Shown here: one piece after another, positions 33,463 through 44,877 of the stretch | Layout: each line of letters begins with the position of its first letter | Numbering within the stretch: position 1 is the first letter of the stretch | Source of the DNA: an uncultured Planctomycetota bacterium | Lineage (GTDB): Bacteria > Planctomycetota > Planctomycetia > Isosphaerales > Isosphaeraceae | DNA: 64,000 nt | Reading direction: 5' to 3' | Assembly (NCBI GenBank): GCA_963845755.1 | Contig: CAWJTV010000041.1 | Coordinates: 256,001-320,000, forward strand | Notes under the pieces: model-generated | Database searches by the model: none | Told to the model about the DNA's origin: nothing | What the model saw: only the letters and a program-made list of their open reading frames with translations | Program-made: the position numbers and the translations under genes

Positions 33463-36400
33463 ATGACCGCGATGAGCGAAGGCACGATCCCGGTCCGAAG
33501 TGCGAACCCTTCGCTACCGCCTCCGATCCTCCGGGCGTTGGCACGGCTGGGCCTGCGGCTCCGCACGGCATTCCTGATCAAGGGCCTGGGCACCACCGCG
33601 TTGATCCTGGTCCTGGGAGCCGTCCTGGGCATGGCGGCCGAGTTCGTCTGGGTCTTGCCGCAGGGTTCGCGGTGGGCGATCTGGGGGATCTGGCTGATCG
33701 TGACCGGGCTGGCCTTCATCCTGACCACGTTGCGACCCCTGGTACGGCGGTTCAGCGCGTTCGACCTGGCGGCGGTGGCGGAGCAGGGACAGCCAGAGCT
33801 GGGCGAGCGCCTGACCGCAGCGGTGGCGCTGCTGGACCGTGGCATCCGTCCTCATGGCTCGCCCACCTTGATCGCCGCCCTGGCCGAGGACGCGGTCGCG
33901 AGATCCCGGGCGGTCCAGCCGGGCCGCGCCGTCTCCTGGTCGCGGGCCGTCCGGAGGCTGACGTTGGGGCTGCTCGCCGTCGGCCTGATCGCGGTTCCCG
34001 CCCGCCTCCTGCCGGAATCGTACGGGAGGATCGCCCGGCGGTTCCTCATGCCCTGGGCCGACCTCGACCGTGTGGGCCGGTTCGTCGTGACCATCGCGCC
34101 GGGCGATCATGTCCTGGCCACCGGCACCGACCTGACCGTCTCGGCGCGCGTCCGCCCGTGGTTCGGCATCGACACCACGCCGGATGCGGCCTGGCTGGAA
34201 TGGACCGCCGAAGGGGATGCCAGCCCACAGCGAGTTGCCATGCCGGCGGCGACGGAATCGGATCCGACGGCTCCGTCCGACACCTCGGCTCGCCGGTTCG
34301 CTCTGACGCTGCCCAGGCTGGTGCGTTCGATGACGTACCGGGTGATTTGTGGCGGGTCGTCGAGCCCACGTTATCGGATCACGGCGCTCGAGCCGCCGGC
34401 AGTCGCGACGATCACGGCCCGGGTCGAGCCGCCGCCCTATACCCGGCGAGCCGCAGCGATCGCCCGCGATCCGGCCCGGATCGACGCTTTCGAGGGGAGC
34501 CGGGTCACGCTCGACGTCACGCCGACCCGGCCCGTCCGCTCCCTCGAGATCGATTGGCCGCAGCCGGCGGGCGCGTTGCCGGTGCGCATCGCGGCGACCC
34601 TGCCCGACAGCGGCCGCAACGGCTCGGCGACCCTCGTGGCCGAGGCGTCCGGGTCCTACTCCCTGGCCCTGCGCGACGAGCACGGGATCGCCAACGCTCC
34701 CGAGCCTCCGCGCCGGGTGGTCGTCCACCCGGACGCTCCGCCGACGGTCACGTTGCCGGGGATCGATCTGGAGCAAGTCGCCGCCCCGGACGACCGGCTC
34801 GCACTCGGCTTCGCGGTGCGCGATGACGTTGCAGTCGCCTCGGTCGAGCTCCACTACGCCATCCGTCGCGACGGCTCGGCCGATGCCGAAGGCGAAGGGG
34901 AGAAGGGCCAGGTCGCCGTCGAGGTGGCCGGCCTGGGCACGCCATCGGTCCGAGGCGTGGCCATGCTGGCGTTATCCCCGTTACGGCTCGTGCCCGGTCA
35001 CATCCTGGCATACCGGCTCCGGGTCGCCGATAATCGGCCCGGGCCCCGGGGACCGAACGTCACCTGGTCGCTCCTGCATAGGGTCGCGATCGTCGCCGAT
35101 GCCGAACCGTTCCGAAAGCGCCTGAGCCGCCTGCGGCGCGAGTCGGTCGGGGCGAAGGTTGAGGCCCTGCGCAAGGCCGCCGCCGCCAATCGTCAGGATG
35201 TGGAACGGCTGCGCGAAGCCGCGGAGGCAGCCCGGCGTGGCGAGAGCCCATGGGACAAGACAGCCCAGAAGGCCGTTGAACGGGGCGAGGCCGGCACGCG
35301 CGACCTGATCGATCGCCTGGAGCTCCTCGCCCGCGAGTTCGATCGCGATCCGCGACACCAGTCGCTGGCCCGGCCCCTCCGCCAGACCGCCGAGCTCGAG
35401 GCCGAGTCCGCCCGCGCCCTGCTCGAACGCCTGCGCCAGGATGAGGATCCGGACCATCGTCCCGCTGCGCTCGAGCAGGCGCGCGACCGGCTCGCCGCCG
35501 TGGGCGACCGCCTGGGAGAACTCCGTCGTAAGTTGAATGAACGCGACCCGGATGAAGCGCACCTGGACCGGCTCTATACGCTGGCCCAGCGTCAGCAGCA
35601 GATGGCCAATGAAGCCGGGAACCTCAGCGACCGCGCCCAGCTCGATCGGCTCCAGGCCGGGCAGAACACCGTGCGCAACCAGCTCGATGGCCTGATCCGT
35701 GAGACTCCCGATCTGCGCGGCGCGTTCCTGCAGGTCGAGAGCCGGGAGGCCGATCGGCTGGCCCGTGAGGCCCACGCCCTGGCCGACCGCCAGCGCGAAG
35801 AATCCCGACGAGCCGCCGAGCCATCCCGGCACGCGCCCGAGCTCCGGGCGCTGGCCCAGGCCCAGCGCGCCCTCGAGGACGATGCCCGGCGCCTGGCCCT
35901 GGAAGTCGATCGTCCGCTGGCCGAGAATGGCCGGTCCCGGCTCAACATCGACAAGATCCTCCAGCCCATCGAGCCGCTCGAGCATGGGGACATCGACCAG
36001 GCCCGCCAGCGGCTCGACGGTGCCGAGTACGAGCTACGGCGGCTCGCCCAGGACCTCGAGGACGTGCCGTCCGATCCCAGGGCGCTGGCCGGCCGTCTGG
36101 CACGGCGCCAGGAGGCCCTCAATCGCGAGATCGACGAGGCCCTCCGTTCACGCCGGGACCAGGACAAGCTGAGCGCCGAGGAGAAAGCGGCGCTCGTTGC
36201 CCGCAGAGAGTCCCTCGCCCGTCGCGAGGAGGCGATCGTCGGGCTGGCCCGGACGATCCAGCCCCCGCAGGGCCAGGAAGGACGGAATCGGTTCCCCCAC
36301 GAAGCCGCACGCGAGGCCGTGAACAAGACATCGCGCGCCGTCGAGGCGCTGAAGCACCTCGGTCCGCAAGCGATCGGTGAGGCCCGGAACGAGGCGCGTC

Positions 36401-38435
36401 AGCGCTGGGACGGTTGGCGAACGACCTGCCGGACGCCGGGCGCCGTCAGGAGCCGACCCGCCAGAAGTTCGTCGAGGCGCGGCGGTTGACGAACGAGCTA
36501 TTCGGCCAGATCGCCCAGCACCTCCGCGAGACCGAGCCCCGTGCGGACAAGCCGGCGACCATGGCCCAGGTGGCCGAAGAGCTGGCCCGACGCCTCGGCG
36601 ATGCTGCGGACCGCCAGAGCCGGGCGATCGCCGCGCTCCGGGAGATGGAGCCCTCGCCAGGCCTCGAGCCGCAACGTGCCCGCGCCGTCGGCCGTGCCTC
36701 GGAGCTGTCCCGCGCGTTGAAGGACCTGCGCGATCCCTCGAAGCGCGAAGCGGCGCGGGCGGCCCTCCCCCTGGCCACGATCCGCGCACGCGCCGCCATG
36801 GACCGCCTGGAGGAGAAGCTCAACGGCCGCGTTCCCGCCGACGACCTGGCGGCCGAGCTGGCAGGCGATCAGCTCGAGGTCCAGGCCGCGGTCGCCCGCT
36901 CTTCGGGAAACCCGGCCGCGGCCGCCGGTGAACGCGCCGGGGCGGCCGAGGATCAGCGCCGTCTGGCCAACGCGCTGCGGAACCTCAAGGCTCCTGACGC
37001 GGTGCTGGCGCAGGCGGAGGCCGTGCGGCTCGCCGAGCGCGCCGCCCACGCCCTGGCCGATCCCGACACGAAGGATGCTGCCGCGGCCGTCCCTGCGGCC
37101 GTCGAGGCCGCGACCCACCTGGCCGACCGTCTGGCGGACCGTCCGTCACCGCAGGCGGAGGCCGCCGCGCTGGCCCGCGCCGAGCGCGCCCTGAATGACC
37201 CCGAGGCCCTGACCGACCCGGCCCGGTCCCTGGGCCGCCAGCGCGCCGTCGCCGCCGAGCTGGCCCGCCTGCCTCTGGATCACAAGGACGAGGCCGCGGC
37301 GCGAGTCCAGCACGCCGCCGAGCTGGCGGAACGCGCCGTCCTGTTCGACGACGATCGTGCCGGCGGGGGTCGGCCGGCTCCCGCCGAGCTGGCCGATGCC
37401 CAGGCTCGTGCCGCCGGAGCCCTCGAGGCGCTCGCCGCCGGTCCCTCCCGGCCCGGCCCGGCCCAGCAGGCTGCCAGGGTCGGCCCGCCCATACCCGCCG
37501 ATCCCGAGTTGGCTCTGAACCCGGGGCAGGTCGCGACCGCGAAGGACCTCGTCCGTCGCCAGCGGCAGATCCGGGAACGCGTGCAGGCGGTCCTCGGCCG
37601 GCACGTCGAGCCGCAGCAGAAGGCCCGCCGCGAGGCCGTCGCCCTGGGAGGTGCGCTCCGCGACCTGAGCGATCGGATTCGACCGCTCGGAGAGCGAAGC
37701 ATGTATCCCGCCGTCGAAGCCGCTCGGCACCTCCGCAACTATGCCCCGGCGGCCATGGACCAGGCGACCGAACGCCTGGCGCAAGGACAGCCGCCTTACG
37801 CCCGCGACGCCCAGCGCCGGGCCTCCGACATGGTCGAGCGGGGCGCGCAAATCGCCGAGGACATGGCTGCGGCACTCCGCGCCGAACTCCAGGCGGCCCG
37901 AGACGCGGCGCGCATCGGGGCCCCGGTCCCGGGCGACACACCTCCCGATGGGAATCCGCCGCTGGGCGCGGCGCGCGCGGCGATCCTCCGGGCCGCCAGC
38001 CGGCTCGTCCAGGCCCGCCGACCTGACCAGGCGGTGCAGGCCGGACCGGCCGCTCGCGAGGCCATGCGCGAGGCCGCCCGCGATCTTATGGCCGCCGCGC
38101 AGGCCGAGGAGGCGCGCCTCGCCAGATCGTCGCTCCCGGCCGATGAGATGGCCGAAGCCGAGCCCAATGCCGAGCCATCGCCGACCGAGCCCAGCGGCTC
38201 TCCGCGCGATCCCCAGAGTCGACCCGGCCGCCAGGCCGATGTGGATCTGGCCGAGTTCAAGGAATCCATCCGGCGCAAGACCGGGCGGGCCTGGGGCGAG
38301 CTTCCCGGCCACCTCCGGACCGAGATCCTCCAGTCGTCGCATGGGCGTTATCGCGAGGATTACGCACGACTCATCCAGCTCTACTTCCGCGAGATCGCCG
38401 CGGGAGCCGCCAAGGAATCACCGGCAGAACCGTAG
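33463..38435 (+). CDS. Large membrane-anchored coiled-coil protein (DUF4175-like); frameshift near 36410
   Basis: Three N-terminal TM segments, PELGERLTAAV, Ig-like part (PPPYT, DAPPTV, RDDVAV), long Ala/Arg/Glu coiled coil, C-terminal WGELPGHLR...YARLIQLYFREIA. Confidence 0.7.
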
Positions 38436-38489
38436 GTCAGGCTTTCCAGCCTGACAGAATCGGGCGTCAGGTTGGAAAGCCTGACCTAC
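38432..38489. repeat. GTAG-type REP inverted doublet
   Basis: GTAGGTCAGGCTTTCCAGCCTGAC-10 nt-GTCAGGTTGGAAAGCCTGACCTAC; its TAG is the stop codon of the upstream gene. Confidence 0.85.
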
Positions 38490-38502
38490 TGAGGACACGC
38501 TG

Positions 38503-39531
38503 TTGAAGACGTTCGTAACGCTGCTCCTGGCCGCGACCCTGATCCGTCCGCTGCCGATGCACGCGGCCGAGCCGGCGTCCCTGTCCGATGCCGCGATCTA
38601 CCGGGCGCTCGAGTATCTCCGATCGGCCCAGCGGCCCGACGGTGCGTGGGACTCGGGCAACTTCGGCCCGGCGACGTCGGTCACATCGCTCGCGGTGATG
38701 GCGTTCCTGGCCGCGGGTCACGTGCCCGGCGAGCCCGGCCCGTATCGCGAGTCGATTGAACGGGGAATCCGATACGTCCTGGACCACCAGCGTCCCAATG
38801 GCGTGATCGCCTCCCGCTCGAGCAACGGCCCGATGTACTGCCACGGCATCAGCACGCTCATGCTCGCCGAGGTCGTCGGCATGATCGACGATCCCGAGGT
38901 CGCCGGCCAGCTCCGGACCACGCTGGTCCGTGCGGTCAAGCTGATCCTGGCGGCGCAGGACCGCCCCAAGAATCGCAATCACGCGGGCGGCTGGCGCTAC
39001 CAGCCGACCAGCGACGACAGCGATATCAGCGTCAGTGGCTGGCAGCTCATGGCCCTCCGCGCCGCCCGGTCCGCCGGCTGCGAGGTGCCTTCCGAGAACA
39101 TCGATCGCGCCGTCGGCTACCTCAAGCGCTGTGCCGTGCGCGAGGGCGGCTTCGGCTACCAGCCCGGCGGCGGGCCGAATAATCCCCGCACGGGGACCGG
39201 CATCCTCGCCCTGGAGATCTGCGGCGAGCATTTCACCAAGGAGGCCGTCGCCGGCGCCGAGTACTTGCTCAAGCACCCGCCTCGGTGGTCCAGCACGTCC
39301 TTCTTCTACGAGGTGTATTACGCCGCGATCGCCATGTTCCAGATGGGTGACAAGTACTTCCTCTCCTATTATCCCAAGCTCGTCGCGATCCTGCTCGCCC
39401 ATCAGGGCAACGACGGGAGCTGGCTCTCCGACGACGGCCACGACCGCACCGGCGGCCGGAACTACTGCACGGCCATGGCGGTCCTCGCGTTGTCGGTGGA
39501 ATATCGCTATCTGCCGATTTACCAGAGATAA
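38503..39531 (+). CDS. Secreted prenyltransferase/squalene oxidase repeat protein
   Basis: Signal peptide; QW-like repeats QRPDGAW, QRPNG, QGNDGSW; MYCHGISTL, GGWRY, DISVSGWQLMAL; ends YLPIYQR*. Confidence 0.85.
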   Translation: MKTFVTLLLAATLIRPLPMHAAEPASLSDAAIYRALEYLRSAQRPDGAWDSGNFGPATSVTSLAVMAFLAAGHVPGEPGPYRESIERGIRYVLDHQRPNGVIASRSSNGPMYCHGISTLMLAEVVGMIDDPEVAGQLRTTLVRAVKLILAAQDRPKNRNHAGGWRYQPTSDDSDISVSGWQLMALRAARSAGCEVPSENIDRAVGYLKRCAVREGGFGYQPGGGPNNPRTGTGILALEICGEHFTKEAVAGAEYLLKHPPRWSSTSFFYEVYYAAIAMFQMGDKYFLSYYPKLVAILLAHQGNDGSWLSDDGHDRTGGRNYCTAMAVLALSVEYRYLPIYQR

Positions 39532-39585
39532 TCGATCTCCGGGCTCCTTCCTTTCCAACCCGCCCAGCCGAGCCAGGAGATGACC

Positions 39586-41653
39586 ATGACGCTGTTGCCC
39601 TCCGCAATTCCTGTGGACGATCACAAGACGGATGAGCCGGCACCGCGCCGGTTCAGGGCTCACCTTCGTGTGTCCCTCGCGGCGGCCATCGCCACCGCGA
39701 TCGTGGCGATGGCCATGCTGAGCGGACACGGGAGGTCCGCCCGAGGCGATGACAAGGGCTCATCGAAACCCGGGACTTCCGCGCCGGCGGCGGGGTCTTA
39801 CTGGGCGTTTATCTCGATGATCGACCGCGTACTGAAAAGCAACGACGACCGGCTGATCGAGCTCGTGAAGTCCGTCCTCGGGAACGGGGAGGCTCCCAAT
39901 CCGGGTTCGGATGAGCTCCCGGCCGTCGACCTTCAGGTCGAATCGGCCGAGGCCCGCTACAAGAGCGCCAAGCTCGATCGCGAGGCCGCCAAGCTCGCCC
40001 TGCGCGAATACGACAAAGGGACCTTCGTCCGGGAGCAAGCGATTGAAGAATCCGAGATCCAGTGTGCCCGGAACAAGTTGGAGGCGCGCGGAAAGCGGTC
40101 CCGGAAGCCAAGGAACGACTCGCCCACATCAGGGCGTTCTTGAAGAATGAGTCTGCCCTCGCGCTCAACGTCGAATACGAGTACATCGACCGCGTCGCTG
40201 CTGCCGAGTTGCTTGGAAGTAAGAGCGACGCTCGAGCTGGAACAGGCCGAAAGCAAGAAAAAGATACTGGAACAATACGTTAGGGGCAAGACCATCAAGG
40301 AGCTCATGAGCGAAGCTATTAAGGCCAGTTCCGAGGAGCTGGCCGGGCAAGCGACCTGGGAGCTGGAGAAAGGCAAACGCGCCGCGGTCGAACAGGATGA
40401 CAAAGCGACCTGAACTGACTGATGTCGAGAAGCACATCCTTTCGCTCGTCATGCAGGCGTTTTCGATCCAGGACGCGATCGAGGCGAAGCGGGGCCAGCT
40501 CGTCAAGGGAGGGAAAACCGACGAGTCACTCCAGGCGGCGCTCCGCGATCTGACCAACCAGTTCGAAGGGCTCGTGGACCAGGCGGCGATCGAACAGGGA
40601 TCGGCGCGGATCGCCAGGTTGAAACGGGAAATCCGCACAGGTGCCCGTTTTCCCGCCCCGCGAACCGGAGCGGTCGGGATTCTCGCCAGGATCCTGGACC
40701 GATCCGCGAAACCGACCCTGGGCGAGGAAACGCCGCGATCCCAGCCGGAAATCCCGACGCCCGAACTGACGTCCCACTCACCGGCCGCCACGCAGACCCA
40801 GCCGTCCTTGGACGAGATCTCGGAGCGCCTGATCGGCCTGGCCGGGCGCGTCCTGAAAGCTCCCGCGTCCGGCCAGGATCCTCGAGATCAGCTCATGACA
40901 CAGATGATCGGCGCTGCATCCGCCGAGACCGAGTACAAGAATGCCAAGTTAGTCCGTGAGGTCGCCGAGATCAAAGTCATCGAAAACACCGAAGGGGTTT
41001 TTCGTCAGGATCAGGCGACGGCGGACGGCGAGATCGTCCTCGCTCGCTCTGACATTCCTCGTGCTCAGGAACAGGCCCAGAACGCGAAAGACCGGCTCGC
41101 GCGCATCACGGCGCTCTCGGGAAACTCCCTTTCGGACCTCAGGCTCGTTCAATTCTACGCCGACCAGGTTGCTGCGGCCGAATTGAGGGAACGCAACGCC
41201 GAGGCGAGGGACACTCTCAAGCAGGCCGAAGCGAAGAAGATGATTCTGGCCAATTACACCCAGCCGAAACGGAAGAAGCAACTCGAGGCCGAAGTCGAGA
41301 AGTCCCGTGCCGAGGAGCTGGCCAAGCAGGCGGTGTGGGAGTCCGCGAAAACCCGGGAAGCTCGCCTGAGGAAGGCGATTCAACGACCGACGTCGGACAA
41401 CAACACCAAGCGGATCCTCGCCCTCATCGAGCGGGCGATCCCGATCGAGGAGCAACTCTATGGAAAAGCCATTCAGATCGCGAAGGGACAGCGAATCAAC
41501 GACCTGCTCAGCAAAGAAATCCATGATCTTACATATGAATTGATGGCCATTGTTGACGAAGGGGAAGCCCTGTGGTCGGCAGGCGAGCTTATCCGGTTGA
41601 AGCCGCGCGTCGAAGCGGCCATTCGTCCCGCCAACCCGGCGTCAGCGAAGTGA
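39586..41653 (+). CDS. Membrane-anchored coiled-coil protein with two HlyD-hairpin-like repeats (paralog 1); frameshifts at about 40090-40400
   Basis: Aligns by eye along its length with 41845-43905 (VSLAAAIATAIVA, ARGDDK, AKL.REVAEI, EVEK.RA.ELAKQA.WE). Confidence 0.65.
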
Positions 41654-41844
41654 CGAAAGTGATCACGGGGCAGGCCCTCCTTTCGGCGCGGTGCGGTGGC
41701 TGGAGTGGGCGGCCCGCTGGGCCGACGCACCCAGGAGAGCCCCGATCTGCCGGTTGCGTTGCGACCGACTCGATTTATCAGCGATAATCAATCTCTGGGC
41801 TCCGGCTTCCTCTCAAACCCGCCAGGCCGAACAAGGAGATCACC

Positions 41845-43905
41845 ATGACGCTGTCACTCGCCTCGACTACCGTTGACGATTGGAACACCGAAGCGTCGGT
41901 TCCGCGCCGGTCCAGGGCTCGTCTTAGCGTGTCCCTCGCAGCGGCCATCGCCACCGCGATCGTGGCGCTCGGCCTGATGAGCGGACCGGGAAAGCCTGCC
42001 CGCGGCGATGACAAGGACCCATCGAAACCCGGGGCTTCCGTGCCGGACCCGCGGTCTTACCAGGCGTTCATCTCGGAGATCCAGCGAATTCTGACGAGGA
42101 ACGAAGATCGGCTGATCGAGATCGTGAACCCCATCCTCGATAACGCGGAGGCTTCCGATCGCATCCGGACTGAAATCGTCAGCCTCGAACTTCAGGTCCG
42201 ATCGGCCGAGGCCCGACTCCATAGTGCCAATCTCGACCGCGAGGTTGCCGAGCTCACCCTGGATGAATACCAGAAAGTGGCCTCTGCCCAGGAAAAGGTG
42301 GCTGTGGAAACCGAGCTCAAGCGCGCCACTGACAGGTTGGAGAGAGCTCGGAAAGCGGTCTCGGAAGCGATGGACCGACTCGCCCAGATCCGTGCGCTCA
42401 TGAAGAAGGAGTCCGCCTCCGATAAGGACATGGAGAACAACTACACCTTCCGCGTCACGACGGCCCAGTTCGAGGAGAGAAGGGCGGAGGCGGCGGTGGT
42501 GGAAGCCGAGGTCAAGAAGAATGGATTCCTCCATCCCCGATGGAAGCAGCGCCTTCGCGACCTTCGCGCCGAGATCGAGAAGGCACGTGCCGAGGAACTG
42601 GCCAAGCAAGCGAGCTGGGAACTGGCGAAAGGTCGACTCGATCAAGCGAAGAAGTCGCTCAAACGGGCGGGGCTGACTGAGGTCCAGAGGTATCTCCTCG
42701 CTCTGGTTCAACAAGCGTTTCCGATCCAGGACGCGATCGAAGCGAAGCGGGATCAGCTCGCCGGAGGCGGTAAACCCGACGAGTCGCTCCAGACGGCGCT
42801 TCGAGACCTGACCAACCAGCTCGAGTCGCTCGGGGAGCAGGTGGGGTTGGAACAGGCGGGGGCACGATTCGCCAACCTCAAACCCCAGGTCCATTGGGCT
42901 GCTCGCCCCTCGCCTTCACGAACCGGATTGTTCGGGTTTCTTCGGGCCGCCAACCCGAATAAGCCGTCGAAGCCCGCCCTCGACGATGAAAAGACTCGAT
43001 CCCAGCCAGGGGCTCCGGCGCCCGAGAAGGCGTCACACCAACGGCTTGGTGCCGAAGCCCAGCAGCCTTTGAACGCCGTCTACGATCGGCTGATCGGCCT
43101 CGCCGAGCGGGTCTTGAAGGATCCTACCCAGGGGCAGCTTCAGGATCAACTTGTCAATCAGCGGATCGAGACCGAATCTGCCAAGGCCAGCTATCAGACC
43201 TCCAAACTGACCCGCGAGGTCGCCGAAATCGCCATAACCGAATACACGGGCGGGATCTTTCCGTCGGATCTGGCGACGGTGGAAATGGAAATCATCCCCG
43301 CTCATTCGGACCTGCAACGGGGTCGGGATATCGTCGAGTTCGCGAAGGACCAACTCGCACGGAGCAAGGAACGCGCGGCCAAATCTGTCTTGGACCTCCA
43401 TCGCCAATACTTCTATGCCGACGCGGTTGCCGAGGCGGAGCAGGAGGACCGCAAGCGCGCTGACCTGCTCGAGCAGTTCGAAGCCAAGAAGAAGCTCCTG
43501 CTCGTATACACCAAGCCGAAACGGCTGAAGGAACTTCAGATCGAGGTCGAAAAGGCCTGCGCCACCGAACTGGCCAACCAGGCGAAATGGGAAATCGCGA
43601 AGGCCCGGGAAGCTCGCCTGGAGAAGATGATCCATCGGGAAGATCCGGCCGAGGACCACCGGCGAGTCCTCGCCCTCATCGAAAGGGCGATCCCAATCGA
43701 GGAGCAAATCCGCGCGAAGCTCCCAAAGCTCGCGAAAGCGGAGAAACCCGACGACCTACCCCACAAGGAAATCGAAGATCTGACGAATGAACTGAGGGCC
43801 ATTGTCGACCAGGGGGAAGCGGTGCAGTCGGCGGGCGAGTTCGCCGGGCTGAAACCACGGATCGAAGAAGCCATTCGCCGGACGAACTCGGCGGCAGCGA
43901 AGTAA
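41845..43905 (+). CDS. Membrane-anchored coiled-coil protein with two HlyD-hairpin-like repeats (paralog 2)
   Basis: Intact 686-aa ORF, AAGGAG RBS, N-terminal hydrophobic helix, internal duplication. Confidence 0.75.
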   Translation: MTLSLASTTVDDWNTEASVPRRSRARLSVSLAAAIATAIVALGLMSGPGKPARGDDKDPSKPGASVPDPRSYQAFISEIQRILTRNEDRLIEIVNPILDNAEASDRIRTEIVSLELQVRSAEARLHSANLDREVAELTLDEYQKVASAQEKVAVETELKRATDRLERARKAVSEAMDRLAQIRALMKKESASDKDMENNYTFRVTTAQFEERRAEAAVVEAEVKKNGFLHPRWKQRLRDLRAEIEKARAEELAKQASWELAKGRLDQAKKSLKRAGLTEVQRYLLALVQQAFPIQDAIEAKRDQLAGGGKPDESLQTALRDLTNQLESLGEQVGLEQAGARFANLKPQVHWAARPSPSRTGLFGFLRAANPNKPSKPALDDEKTRSQPGAPAPEKASHQRLGAEAQQPLNAVYDRLIGLAERVLKDPTQGQLQDQLVNQRIETESAKASYQTSKLTREVAEIAITEYTGGIFPSDLATVEMEIIPAHSDLQRGRDIVEFAKDQLARSKERAAKSVLDLHRQYFYADAVAEAEQEDRKRADLLEQFEAKKKLLLVYTKPKRLKELQIEVEKACATELANQAKWEIAKAREARLEKMIHREDPAEDHRRVLALIERAIPIEEQIRAKLPKLAKAEKPDDLPHKEIEDLTNELRAIVDQGEAVQSAGEFAGLKPRIEEAIRRTNSAAAK

Positions 43906-43947
43906 CGAAAGCCAACGCGGGACAACGGGCGGTGGGAGATCTCGAGG

Positions 43948-44877
43948 ATGATCCGGATCAAGGACTTGCGCGTTGACTACGATAACGTCTGCGCCGTGCG
44001 CGACCTCACGATGGAGGTCGGGCCAGGCGAGGTCTGCGGCCTGATCGGTCCTAACGGCGCCGGCAAGACCACGACGATGCGCGCCATGCTCGGCCTGCTG
44101 GAGCCGACCTATGGCGAGATCGAGATCATGGGGGTCGACGTCCGCGAGCATCCCCGCGACGTCTGCCGGATCGTCGGCTTCATGCCCGACTTCCCGCCGG
44201 TCTACGAAGATTTGAAAGTCTGGGAGTTCCTCGACCTGTTCGCCGCCAGCTACGGGCTGAGCCGCTCCCAGCGCATCGACGCCGTGGCCGATCACCTCGA
44301 CATGGTCGGCCTGACCGAGAAGCGCGGGGCGATGGTCGTCGAGCTGTCGCGGGGAATGCGCCAGCGGCTGATGCTCGCCAAGACCATGATCCCCGATCCC
44401 CGCGTGCTTCTGCTCGACGAGCCGGCCAGCGGGATCGATCCCCAGGGCCGAATCGACCTCAAGAACATCCTCCGCCGCATGGCCGAGCAGAAGAAGACGG
44501 TCCTGATCTCCTCGCACATCCTCGCCGAGATGAACGAGTTCTGCACGTCGGTCACGATCATGGAACGGGGCCAGATCGTCGTGAGCGGGCGGATCGACGA
44601 GGTGAATCGGCGGATCCTGGGCGACTCGCTCCTCTCCGTCGAGGTGCTCTCCAACGTGGAACAATTCGAATGGATCGTCGGCGCCGACGATTGGGCCGGT
44701 CCGATCCAGCGCCGGGACGACCATACGTTTGAGTTTCGCTACCGGGGCGATGCCGAGGCCGCCAGCGAGCTGCTCGCACGGCTGGTGGGGCAGGGGGTCC
44801 GGATCTCCGGCTTCGCCCGCCGCCGGGATAACCTCGAAGATCTGTTCCTCAAGGTGGGGTCCAAGGAGCTTTCGTGA
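43948..44877 (+). CDS. ABC transporter ATP-binding protein
   Basis: GPNGAGKTT, LSRGMRQR, LLLDEP, ISSH. Confidence 0.95.
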   Translation: MIRIKDLRVDYDNVCAVRDLTMEVGPGEVCGLIGPNGAGKTTTMRAMLGLLEPTYGEIEIMGVDVREHPRDVCRIVGFMPDFPPVYEDLKVWEFLDLFAASYGLSRSQRIDAVADHLDMVGLTEKRGAMVVELSRGMRQRLMLAKTMIPDPRVLLLDEPASGIDPQGRIDLKNILRRMAEQKKTVLISSHILAEMNEFCTSVTIMERGQIVVSGRIDEVNRRILGDSLLSVEVLSNVEQFEWIVGADDWAGPIQRRDDHTFEFRYRGDAEAASELLARLVGQGVRISGFARRRDNLEDLFLKVGSKELS

